Positions 24,879-33,629 of a DNA stretch of 64,000 nt are shown in pieces. A program made the position numbers and the translations under genes. The stretch covers positions 1,024,001-1,088,000 of the forward strand of contig OZ244207.1 in the NCBI GenBank assembly GCA_965216875.1, in the 5' to 3' direction. Source of the DNA: Rubripirellula sp. Lineage in GTDB: Bacteria > Planctomycetota > Planctomycetia > Pirellulales > Pirellulaceae. The stretch's first letter is position 1. Every line of letters begins with the position of its first letter. The notes under the pieces are model-generated. The model was not told where the DNA came from, did not search any database, and saw only the letters and a program-made list of their open reading frames with translations.

Positions 24879-26012
24879 ATGTTCCGGATCGAAATCAGCC
24901 AAGATATCCAGTCGCTTTTTGCCGACGAAGATTGCTGGAACAAGCTCGCGGGGGGCGTGCCCTTTCGTGAAACGTCATGGCTTCGGCCCTGGTGGAACCA
25001 CTTCGGAACGCCGGGCGAGGCGTATGTGGTGATCGCCAAAGATGACGATGGCGTCACTCGAGGGATCCTTCCGCTATTTCGATCTGCCGATTGCCATCGT
25101 CACCTTGAAGTTGTCGGTGGCGGGCAAGCGTGCAGCGACCACGCATCGATTCTGGTTCAGCGCGACGATGTTGCCGAAGTCGCTCGTTCGATGGCCGAAT
25201 ACCTTGCCGATCATGCAAGCGATTCACAATGGGGATGGGACACGATCAGCATTGATGGTGTTGTTGACGGCGACCAGCCGATGGCGGAGTTTTCCAAAGC
25301 CATTGAAGAAGCCGGCGCCGCGCTTCATGCCCAGTCTCGAATGAGTACCTGGTTTAAGCCGAGCGATGACTCGTGGGATGAGCACCTGAAACATTTTGGG
25401 AAGACGCAACGCCGTAAGATGCGCCGTTGGAGCGAACGGATCGACAAGACCGATGGTCTCGAAAAATCAATTGTCGATAGGTTAGACGATGTGCAAGATG
25501 CTCTCGATTCACTGATCGACATGCATCAACGACGATGGAACGCCGAAGGCGAACCGGGCAGCTATGCCGATGCCGAGTTTGCCGCGTTCGTCCGCGATAG
25601 CGCTGATGACTTTTTCCGCCGCGGTCGACTTTATCTTCCAACGCTTTCGATGGATGACAAAGTGATCGGTGGTGAGCTTCATTTCATCGGTGGCGACAAC
25701 CGCCTGTATTGCTACAGCAGTGGCTACGACATCGATTCGGCGGAACTGGAGCCAGGCCGGATTCTTTGCGTTGAAACGCTGTTGGAGCTTTATCGACGCG
25801 ACCTCGCAGGTATCGATTACCTGCGCGGCGATGAACCGTACAAGAAACGTATGGCGGCAACGCCAACACGTATCTTTCATTTGCGTGTGATTGCACCAAC
25901 GTTGTTGCCGAGGTTGCGGCACGCAGCGTGGTGTGCTGGGTTTGAACTCAAGCAATGGGTCCGCCGCCACACAGGACGCAAGCCAATCGAAGTGGCCAGC
26001 ACGCTCGCGTAG
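24879..26012 (+). CDS. GNAT acetyltransferase, CelD/BcsL (Acetyltransf_6) type
   Basis: WLRPWW, GILPL, CSDH, YSSGYD....LEPG and IDYLRGDEPYK. Confidence 0.85.
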   Translation: MFRIEISQDIQSLFADEDCWNKLAGGVPFRETSWLRPWWNHFGTPGEAYVVIAKDDDGVTRGILPLFRSADCHRHLEVVGGGQACSDHASILVQRDDVAEVARSMAEYLADHASDSQWGWDTISIDGVVDGDQPMAEFSKAIEEAGAALHAQSRMSTWFKPSDDSWDEHLKHFGKTQRRKMRRWSERIDKTDGLEKSIVDRLDDVQDALDSLIDMHQRRWNAEGEPGSYADAEFAAFVRDSADDFFRRGRLYLPTLSMDDKVIGGELHFIGGDNRLYCYSSGYDIDSAELEPGRILCVETLLELYRRDLAGIDYLRGDEPYKKRMAATPTRIFHLRVIAPTLLPRLRHAAWCAGFELKQWVRRHTGRKPIEVASTLA

Positions 26013-26045
26013 GCGTGTGCGGGCATGCAGGTATTTCGTTAGTCA

Positions 26046-26109
26046 GTTTGTAGTCCCGCCTTTAGGCGGAAACGCACGAAGATTCCGGCTAAAGCTCGGT
26101 ACTACGAAC
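26046..26109. repeat. Inverted pair of REP-like family A
   Basis: GTAGTCCCGCCTTTAGGCGGAA ... TTCCGGCTAAAGCTCGGTACTAC between convergent genes. Confidence 0.85.
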
Positions 26110-28035
26110 CTACTCGTCGTTTCGGCTCAGGTCTTTGACGGACTCGACGAGTGCAATGACGTGTTCGACGGGGGTTTCTTTCAAGACGCCGTGGCCGAGA
26201 TTGAAGATGTGGCCGGGCCGTCCGGCAACCGATTTGAGTAGTTTGTCGGCCGCGTCACGAATGACTTCGGGTTCGGCTAGCAAGACGGCAGGGTCGAGGT
26301 TTCCTTGTACCGAACAATCGTGGCCAATCCTCTGCCAAGCAACGTCGAGAGGGATTCTCCAATCGACACCCACGACGGTGCGTCGATCACCACGCAGCAG
26401 CGGCAATAATTCCGGGTTTCCCGTCGCGAAGTTGATCACGGGGACGCCCGGTGTGATGCCGGCAATGATTTGCTTCATCCAAGGCAACACGTGCTCGGTG
26501 TAGTCAGCTGGCGACAGGCAACCGGCCCAGCTGTCAAAGATCTGGACACACTGAGCACCCGCGGCGATCTGATGATTGAGGTAGATCGTGATCGTTGCGG
26601 ACAAGCGATCCATGAGGGCGTGCCACGCGCCACCGTCGGCGTGCATCAGTTTTTTAGTGTTCGTGTATTGGCGGCTGCCGCCTCCTTCGATGGCATAGCT
26701 TGCCAGAGTAAATGGCGCGCCGGCAAAGCCGATCACCGGAATGTCTTCAGGCAAATCGGCTCGCGTCTGTCGAACCGTTTCAAAGACGAAATCGAGTTCA
26801 CTGTGGTCGTGTAGATCCTTGACGCGATCAATGTCGTCAAACGAGCGAATCGGGTTATGGATCACAGGTCCGTCGCCCGCAACGAATTCCAAGTCGAAAC
26901 CCATCGGCACGAGGATCGGGAGCAGGTCGGAAAAGATAATTGCAGCATCGACGCCAAGTCGGTCGACGGCGGTGCACATCACTTCGCTACACAGTTTCGG
27001 ATTTCGACAGAGTTCGAGGAACGATTGTTTCGCTCGAACCTCTCGGTACTCGGCCATGTAACGTCCTGCTTGACGCATCAACCAGATCGGTGTCCGCTCG
27101 GTGGCTTCACCGCGGCAGGCTCGGATAAACAAACTGTCGTTGGATGGGTGGTCAGACACAGTATTGGGAGTCGATGGGCTCGAAACTTGTAAGCGTTGTT
27201 TGGCCGCCACCATTGACCCGCAGCGTTTGGCAGATTCGGTGACGAGGTGCCCCATCTTGGGATGGGTGGGTTCCATGTCAACGTGGATGTCACACTCTTC
27301 CAACATTTGACTTGTGGTCGGTCCGATCGATGCAATGACCGTTCGGTGCAAACCGGCACGCAACTGATCGACCATGTTGAGTCGTTCAGCCATGCGCAAC
27401 ATGTTGACGACTTGATGGGCACTGGTAAGAAGTAGTACGTCGCGTTGACCCGCGGCCAGTGCGCGTACGTTTTGTTCCAGCGGGTCGGTGTCTTCAGGGA
27501 ATTCCCAGCCGTAAACGCGGACCGATTCGACCGTCGCGCCGCGCGCTTCCAAGCCGGCTACGAGCGAGGCGTTAGTGACACCGTATTCTTGCAGTCCGAC
27601 TGTTTGATTGGCGACCGGAACGAATTCGTCGATCGTTTGCAGTAGTTCACGCCAAGTGTTCGGTTCGGGCACCTTATAGGATGGCGTCACCCCGACCTCA
27701 CGCATGGCCGCAGCCGGCTTGGGACCGCGACACACAGTGATGATGTCTGAGAGCGAATCGAGAAACCGCTGCTTGTCCATGTGCGGTTCGATGGCACGAA
27801 GCAGGTATCGGAAGCCGACGCCCGTCATCAGGATCACGACGCTGACGTGGCCCGTCATCAAGCGATAGGCAAAGTCGATCGCGGGCCGGTTGGGTTCGAT
27901 GGGGACCTCGCGCATCGAAGGACTGACGTGCGCGGCACCGCCAAACTTTTGGATCATCCGTTCCATGTCGGCCGCGCGGCGGCTTTCCAATGAGGCGATT
28001 CGTAGTCCGTCAAAATCAGCTTCCGGCTGTGCCAT
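26110..28035 (-). CDS. hemE: Uroporphyrinogen-III synthase (HemD) - uroporphyrinogen decarboxylase (HemE) fusion
   Basis: N-half has CRGPKP, VRVYGW, LLTSAHQV and ASIGPTTS (HemD). C-half has PIWLMRQAGRYMAEY, IIFSDLL, GFAGAPFTLASY and IFNLGHG (HemE). Confidence 0.93.
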   Translation of the reverse strand: MAQPEADFDGLRIASLESRRAADMERMIQKFGGAAHVSPSMREVPIEPNRPAIDFAYRLMTGHVSVVILMTGVGFRYLLRAIEPHMDKQRFLDSLSDIITVCRGPKPAAAMREVGVTPSYKVPEPNTWRELLQTIDEFVPVANQTVGLQEYGVTNASLVAGLEARGATVESVRVYGWEFPEDTDPLEQNVRALAAGQRDVLLLTSAHQVVNMLRMAERLNMVDQLRAGLHRTVIASIGPTTSQMLEECDIHVDMEPTHPKMGHLVTESAKRCGSMVAAKQRLQVSSPSTPNTVSDHPSNDSLFIRACRGEATERTPIWLMRQAGRYMAEYREVRAKQSFLELCRNPKLCSEVMCTAVDRLGVDAAIIFSDLLPILVPMGFDLEFVAGDGPVIHNPIRSFDDIDRVKDLHDHSELDFVFETVRQTRADLPEDIPVIGFAGAPFTLASYAIEGGGSRQYTNTKKLMHADGGAWHALMDRLSATITIYLNHQIAAGAQCVQIFDSWAGCLSPADYTEHVLPWMKQIIAGITPGVPVINFATGNPELLPLLRGDRRTVVGVDWRIPLDVAWQRIGHDCSVQGNLDPAVLLAEPEVIRDAADKLLKSVAGRPGHIFNLGHGVLKETPVEHVIALVESVKDLSRNDE

Positions 28036-28263
28036 CGTCGCAGCAAACTCTCAGATACCGGGGGGTGGGCATTCAATTTGCCTCCGTGACTCGGGTCGAG
28101 CCGACTCAGGTCAGCGGGGCATTTCTCAAAGGACGTTCTCGTCGGGGCTTCGATTCCTCGACGACGTGTCATTGTAGGGAATTGTTGCGAAGTTACGATG
28201 AGTCCAAATTGTGCTCAAAAGCGATCGATTCAATCCAAGCCCTACTCTAGCCCCCGTTTACCT

Positions 28264-28908
28264 GTGCCCCGCAGTCCCGTCAAAGCACCGCCGTCCGATC
28301 TCGATTTGACTCGCTATCTGCGAACCATCCCACAGTTGCCCGAACAACTGAGTAGCCAGTCACTTTTTGGCAATGATCGTCCACTTGAAGTCGAAGTCGG
28401 TTCGGGCAAAGGGCTCTTCCTGTCAGCGACCGCCCCGGCCAATCCCAAGCACAATTTTCTCGGGATTGAGATCATGGCCAAGTATGCGACGCATTCGGCG
28501 GGTCGGATCGCAAAGACGGGCGTCGATAATGCGATGATGATTTCTGGGGACGCTGGCCCGCTGTTTGACGATAGGATCGGCGACGACAGCTTGGAGGCGG
28601 TGCACGTCTACTTTCCCGATCCTTGGTGGAAAAAGCGGCATCGAAAGCGTCGCGTTGTGAACGAAAAAAGCGTGCGTCACTTTTCACGCGTGATCCGAAG
28701 CGGCGGACGGTTTCATTTCTGGACCGACGTGCTCGACTACTTCGAAAACACCGTCGAGATGATCGCCGAGATTGCCCCGGAGTTTGGTGTGCCGATCCCC
28801 GAAGAAGAAATCGAAGCGACCCACGAACTCGACTACCGAACGCACTTTGAGCGGCGCAGCCGGCAACACAACATTCCCGTCTACCGCGTGCGCTACGAAC
28901 GGGCCTAG
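28264..28908 (+). CDS. trmB: tRNA (guanine-N7)-methyltransferase
   Basis: EVEVGSGKG, FLGIE, YFPDPWWKKRHRKRRV, WTD..DY and THFER. Confidence 0.95.
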   Translation: MPRSPVKAPPSDLDLTRYLRTIPQLPEQLSSQSLFGNDRPLEVEVGSGKGLFLSATAPANPKHNFLGIEIMAKYATHSAGRIAKTGVDNAMMISGDAGPLFDDRIGDDSLEAVHVYFPDPWWKKRHRKRRVVNEKSVRHFSRVIRSGGRFHFWTDVLDYFENTVEMIAEIAPEFGVPIPEEEIEATHELDYRTHFERRSRQHNIPVYRVRYERA

Positions 28909-28918
28909 CGATCCGTTT

Positions 28919-29160
28919 TGTGAGCCGTACGCGCAAGCGTCGGGCCCTTCGAGTTGCGTGAGAGATGGCAAGGCCCGACGCTAGCGCGTTCGGCTCACGG
29001 GGGCGGTTCGTAGTACCGTCTTTAGACGGAATCTTTAGGCCCTTCCGCGCGTTCGGTCCACGAGTATGAGCGCGGGACAAGACACCTGCGTGCTCGGATT
29101 AGGGGCGGGGACGCGGAGCGTCCGAAGAGTGCGTTACCACGCCGGAGCGTGGTAACGAGG
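28919..29160. repeat. REP-like cluster: inverted family B pair, family A, family G (GGACGCGGAGCGTCC...CACGC.GGAGCGTGG.AACGAG)
   Basis: Units recur at 47825 (B), 35496 (A) and 41128 (G). Confidence 0.82.
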
Positions 29161-29174
29161 ACAGAGGACACGAT

Positions 29175-30923
29175 TCATTTCGCTGGTTTGGGAACGACCC
29201 CTTTCGCAGTTCGATCACCGACGACGAAATAGCCCAGCGGGTTGTCGGTTTGATCGGCGATCATCCAGACCGCTCCTGGGCGTGTTGATTGCCGCTTGCG
29301 CCAGCCCGCTTCGAGTGTTCCGTACGGCCGCGGCTTGCCGCTGCGGTCCATCCAATAGACTTTCACCCCTTGTTGCCGCTCGTTGATCAAAACGATCTCG
29401 AATTTGTTTCCGTCGGGCCGCGAAGGCGGAACGTTTCCCTTGTTGATCGTTCGAAACTCGAGTGTCGCGAGTGCTTTGTCGCTTGGTGCGACGAAAGGCT
29501 TGAACGAGGTCGGAGCCACATCCCGAAAGTGTTGTAGACGTGCGGCATGTTCGGAAGCACCAGCAAGGTTGTTCCATTCGTACCGGTCCCGCAGGACGTT
29601 GTAGAGTTCTTCGCCACCGTCGTCGTAGCGGATGTAACGCCAATCTTTGCCGCTGATGCTGTAGTTGCCGGGGCGATTGAGGTGGGTGACGGAAGGATGC
29701 GGCCAATCCGCGTTTGCGTTTTGCAGCAGTGGCAAAAGACTCGGCCCGTCATGAACCTTTCTCGCGGGCAATCCAGCCAGTTCGGCCAGTGTCGGAAAGA
29801 GACTGAGCAGGTTGACGGGCTGGTCACATCGGGTGCCACTTTGAGTACCGGCGGGCAAACCCGGCGTCTGTTTGGGGACACGGACGATTAGCGGAACACG
29901 CGTGCAAACTCGCCAGCCGGTGTACTTTTGCCAGTGTTGCTTTTCGCCCAAATGCCATCCGTGATCGCTCCACAACACGACGATCGTGTTGTCGCGATTG
30001 GGGCCTGATTCGAGCGCATCCAAGACGCGCCCAATCATCGCATCGGCGAATGAGATGGAGGCGAGGTAACCTTGGATCGCCTGTCGCCATTGGCCGTGAT
30101 TGCGAATGTGGGCAAAGTACCGATTGGCGCCGCGGCGTTTTCCTGCGGTCGGCAAATCGTCCAGGTCGCCCTCGAGATACCCGGGTGGCAACTTGATTTC
30201 GTCGATTGGGAACGCATCAAAGTACTTTTGCGGGACAAACCATGGCTCGTGGGGCCGGTAGATGCCGCAGGCTAAAAAGAATGGTTTGTCATGCTGGCGA
30301 CTCAGTTGTTTACCAACCCAGTCCGAGACCAAATAATCGCCGCCGAATTCTTCGTCCGTTGCATCCAGTGCGGCCCAGTCCGTTTCGATGTATTGCCATG
30401 GCCCACCGCGCGGAAGGTTGACGGGGCGTTGCTTGGGGTACAGCGTGCGCGGAAACGGGTCTTCGGTCTCTTTGGACGGATAGTACTCGTCCCAGGATTG
30501 CGCGTCGATGAAGTAGTGCAGGATCTTTCCCGAGCCGGCTGACCAGTAACCCTGGCGCGAAAAGAACTTTGGCATCAGCTCGGCGCCGGGCAGGATTTCA
30601 CGCATCGATTGGCGATTGTCGTAAACCCCCGAAACGTGCGGAGAGATGCCCGTCATGATTGCAGTGCGCGACGGATTACAAGCGGGAGCGGGGCAGTGCG
30701 CGTTGGTGAAGAGGACACCACTCTCGGCCAGCCGATCGATATTGGGTGTTCGCGTTTGTGGATGACCGCCCATGCACCCAATCCAGTCGTTCAAGTCATC
30801 AACCGAGATGAACAAGATGTTGGGCGCCCGGTGCGCCGTCGGGCTTTCAGCGCTGCTGGGCGTTTGGAAGAGAAGTCCGACCGAGAGAATTGCGGCAGCG
30901 CAAATGAGTTTGGATCGGGGCAT
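29175..30923 (-). CDS. Secreted sulfatase (iduronate/choline-sulfatase-like) with C-terminal VHL beta-domain-like module
   Basis: PNILFISVDDLND, CNPSR, YRPHEPW and SDHGWHLGEK. C-terminal FEIVLIN...VYWMD..G..RPYGTL..G..KRQST..GAVWMI. Confidence 0.88.
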   Translation of the reverse strand: MPRSKLICAAAILSVGLLFQTPSSAESPTAHRAPNILFISVDDLNDWIGCMGGHPQTRTPNIDRLAESGVLFTNAHCPAPACNPSRTAIMTGISPHVSGVYDNRQSMREILPGAELMPKFFSRQGYWSAGSGKILHYFIDAQSWDEYYPSKETEDPFPRTLYPKQRPVNLPRGGPWQYIETDWAALDATDEEFGGDYLVSDWVGKQLSRQHDKPFFLACGIYRPHEPWFVPQKYFDAFPIDEIKLPPGYLEGDLDDLPTAGKRRGANRYFAHIRNHGQWRQAIQGYLASISFADAMIGRVLDALESGPNRDNTIVVLWSDHGWHLGEKQHWQKYTGWRVCTRVPLIVRVPKQTPGLPAGTQSGTRCDQPVNLLSLFPTLAELAGLPARKVHDGPSLLPLLQNANADWPHPSVTHLNRPGNYSISGKDWRYIRYDDGGEELYNVLRDRYEWNNLAGASEHAARLQHFRDVAPTSFKPFVAPSDKALATLEFRTINKGNVPPSRPDGNKFEIVLINERQQGVKVYWMDRSGKPRPYGTLEAGWRKRQSTRPGAVWMIADQTDNPLGYFVVGDRTAKGVVPKPAK

Positions 30924-31084
30924 CTTAAGCTTGCATGGTGAGGTGTGGTGGGCCGTCGCATTATAGACCAGCGTCTGCCGTGAAATGAGCGACTCGTTGC
31001 GATGCAGCCTGATTGCACATCGGTGCCCGACGATTGTGTTACATTTTTAGCCCCACCCCATTCCTTCTCGGCATCTTTGCAGCG

Positions 31085-32158
31085 ATGTTTGTCTTTGACG
31101 CCCACCTCGATCTCAGCCTCAATGCGCTCGAGTACAACCGCGATTTGCGGATGACGATCGAGGCGATTCGCGCTGACGAAGAGGGCATGGACGATTTAGC
31201 GGGACGTGGCAAAGGAACCGTTTCCTTCCCCGAGATGCGGAAAGCAGGAGTTGGACTCTGCGTCGCGACGCAACTTGCCGGCTGTATGAAACCACCCGGA
31301 CCGGTCGGCGCGTGGAATTCCCCCGATCAAGCGTGGGCGATGACGCAGGGGCAATTGGCTTGGTACCGCGCGATGGAAGCGGACGGCCAACTGCGCCCGA
31401 TTCGCAATGAAACGGAGTTAAGCGAGCATCTTTCAAATTGGAAGGCGTCGCCTGAATCGACACCGATCGGCTACATCCTGAGTCTCGAAGGAGCCGATTC
31501 GCTGAGAACGCTCGATGACCTGCAGGAGTCCTATGATCAAGGTCTGAGGGCGCTTGGGCCGGCGCATTACGGGATCGGCAGGTATGCGCTCGGACACGAC
31601 AAACAAGGTGGTGTCACTCAAGCCGGCCGCGAGCTGCTTGCCGAAATGGATCGGTTGAACCTGATCCTCGATGCGACTCACTTGGCCGAGCAAACGTTTT
31701 GGGACGCCCTCGAGCTGCACGCAGGGCCCGTCTGGGCAAGTCACCATAATTGTCGAGCCATCGTGGATGACCCGCGACAACTCGCGGATGATCAAATCAA
31801 GGCGCTCGCCGCCCGCGATGCCGTAATCGGCGTTGCGTTGGATGTGTGGATGGTCGCCCCCGGCTGGGTGCGCAAAAAGACAACGCACCCGCATCACCCC
31901 AATGCAAACTTGCAAACACTGGCCGATCATGTGGACCACGTCTGCCAACTGCTCGGTACAACAGAACATACGGGGATTGGAACCGATCTCGATGGTGGAT
32001 TCGGATTCGAGCAGACGCCGGCCGACTTCAATACCATCGCTGACCTATCCAAGTTCTTCGAGATCCTTCGATCGCGTGGTTATACCGACGACGATGTCGA
32101 AGCGATCAGTCATCAAAACTTCGTCCGCTTCTTAAAAAGGGCCTGGGCCGGAACATGA
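31085..32158 (+). CDS. Membrane dipeptidase (peptidase M19)
   Basis: FDAHLD, SLEGAD, LDATHL, ASHHNCR and GIGTDLDGG. Confidence 0.92.
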   Translation: MFVFDAHLDLSLNALEYNRDLRMTIEAIRADEEGMDDLAGRGKGTVSFPEMRKAGVGLCVATQLAGCMKPPGPVGAWNSPDQAWAMTQGQLAWYRAMEADGQLRPIRNETELSEHLSNWKASPESTPIGYILSLEGADSLRTLDDLQESYDQGLRALGPAHYGIGRYALGHDKQGGVTQAGRELLAEMDRLNLILDATHLAEQTFWDALELHAGPVWASHHNCRAIVDDPRQLADDQIKALAARDAVIGVALDVWMVAPGWVRKKTTHPHHPNANLQTLADHVDHVCQLLGTTEHTGIGTDLDGGFGFEQTPADFNTIADLSKFFEILRSRGYTDDDVEAISHQNFVRFLKRAWAGT

Positions 32159-33261
32159 ACGATCTGCGTTTCGAATTTCCACTCATCAACCCGGACGACG
32201 TCCTGTCGCCTGCGTTGATGGTTGATCCGGATCGGATCGCGCGAAACATCAGAACGATGATTGAGATCGTTGGGGGCGTTGATCAGATCGAGCGTTTGCG
32301 CCCTCACGTCAAGACGCATAAGATGCCCGAAGTGGTTGAGATGCAAGTCGCGGCCGGCGTGACCAAGTTCAAAGCCGCCACACTTCGCGAGGCGGAGATG
32401 GTTGCTGATTCGGGCGGCCAAGACGTGGTGCTCGCCTACCAGCCAGTCGGGCCGGGCGCGAAGCGGTTCGCGCATCTTGTTAAACACTTTCCTGACACGA
32501 CCTTTTCTGCGGTCGTCGATGACCCCAACATTGTTGCGCTCCTGAGTCGGTTGCATGGCGATTCGACACAGCCTCTGACACTTTTTATTGACGTCGATTG
32601 CGGGATGCATCGGACGGGGATCGAGCTTGGTGCAGGACTGGACGCACTGCGGACTCAAATTGAAGCGGATCCTCATCTCGAGTTCGGTGGGTTGCACGTT
32701 TATGACGGGCACATCCACGACCCGCAGCTCAATACTCGAACCGATGCCGCCCGCGCGATCATCGAAAAGATCGCCGCTTACGACCAGCAGAACGCTTCGC
32801 CGAACATCATCGGCGGCGGATCGCCGACGTTTGCGATATGGGCAAACGAAACGGCTTGGCAATGCAGCCCCGGCACACCGCTGCTTTGGGACTGGGGCTA
32901 TGGCGCGTCGCATCCCGACCTCGACTTTTCCGTTGCTGCCGCTTTGTTGACGCGAGTGGTCAGTCGGCCAGGCGGAAACCGACTTTGTCTCGATCTCGGT
33001 CATAAAGCGGTTGCCTCAGAAATGCCACTTGAGCAACGCGCGTTGATTCCTGAAATCAAGGACGCCGTCGCTGTTTCGCACAGTGAAGAGCATTATGTGA
33101 TTGAGACAGAGAGTGCCGCTTCGATCGCGGTAGGCCAAGAGTTCATTGCGATCCCCCGTCACATTTGCCCGACCGTCGCGTTGCACGAGTTCGCAATCGT
33201 CGTGCGAGACGGTCGTGCGACTGGCGAGCGTTGGCGCGTGACGGCGCGAAACCGACTGTGA
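32155..33261 (+). CDS. D-threonine aldolase / DSD1-family PLP enzyme
   Basis: LRPHVKTHK (PLP lysine), DVDCGMHRTG, HVYDGH, DLGHKAV, HSEEH and PRHICPTV. Confidence 0.9.
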   Translation: MNDLRFEFPLINPDDVLSPALMVDPDRIARNIRTMIEIVGGVDQIERLRPHVKTHKMPEVVEMQVAAGVTKFKAATLREAEMVADSGGQDVVLAYQPVGPGAKRFAHLVKHFPDTTFSAVVDDPNIVALLSRLHGDSTQPLTLFIDVDCGMHRTGIELGAGLDALRTQIEADPHLEFGGLHVYDGHIHDPQLNTRTDAARAIIEKIAAYDQQNASPNIIGGGSPTFAIWANETAWQCSPGTPLLWDWGYGASHPDLDFSVAAALLTRVVSRPGGNRLCLDLGHKAVASEMPLEQRALIPEIKDAVAVSHSEEHYVIETESAASIAVGQEFIAIPRHICPTVALHEFAIVVRDGRATGERWRVTARNRL

Positions 33262-33629
33262 TGTTCAACCCGAGTGAAGTCGACCCCATGTCTCAACCCG
33301 ATCGCGACGGCGAAGAACTCGATCCGCTCTACCTCAGCTCGCTCAAAGAACTGAGGTGGATTCTGGGCGTCTGGGCGGTTTCTTTTTTGTGGGTCATTGG
33401 GATCAGTCGGTGGTTGGGCTACCGCGCCGAAAATGCAGACCAGATTCAGCTCGTCCTCGGTATGCCGCTTTGGGTTTTCTGGGGTGTCTTTGTGCCCTGG
33501 ATTGCTGTGACTCTGTGGGTCACCTGGTTTGCAATGTGCAAGATGGAAGACCATCCACTTGAGGATGCGAACGAGGTTGAAGGTCGTGCTCGAGATGATT
33601 CGTCCAGCGAGGAAGTGACGGATGAATGA
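33261..33629 (+). CDS. DUF997 (YhdT-like) small membrane protein
   Basis: Two TM segments and GMPLWVFWG, directly preceding an SSS transporter. Start uncertain (33261 or 33288). Confidence 0.75.
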   Translation: MFNPSEVDPMSQPDRDGEELDPLYLSSLKELRWILGVWAVSFLWVIGISRWLGYRAENADQIQLVLGMPLWVFWGVFVPWIAVTLWVTWFAMCKMEDHPLEDANEVEGRARDDSSSEEVTDE

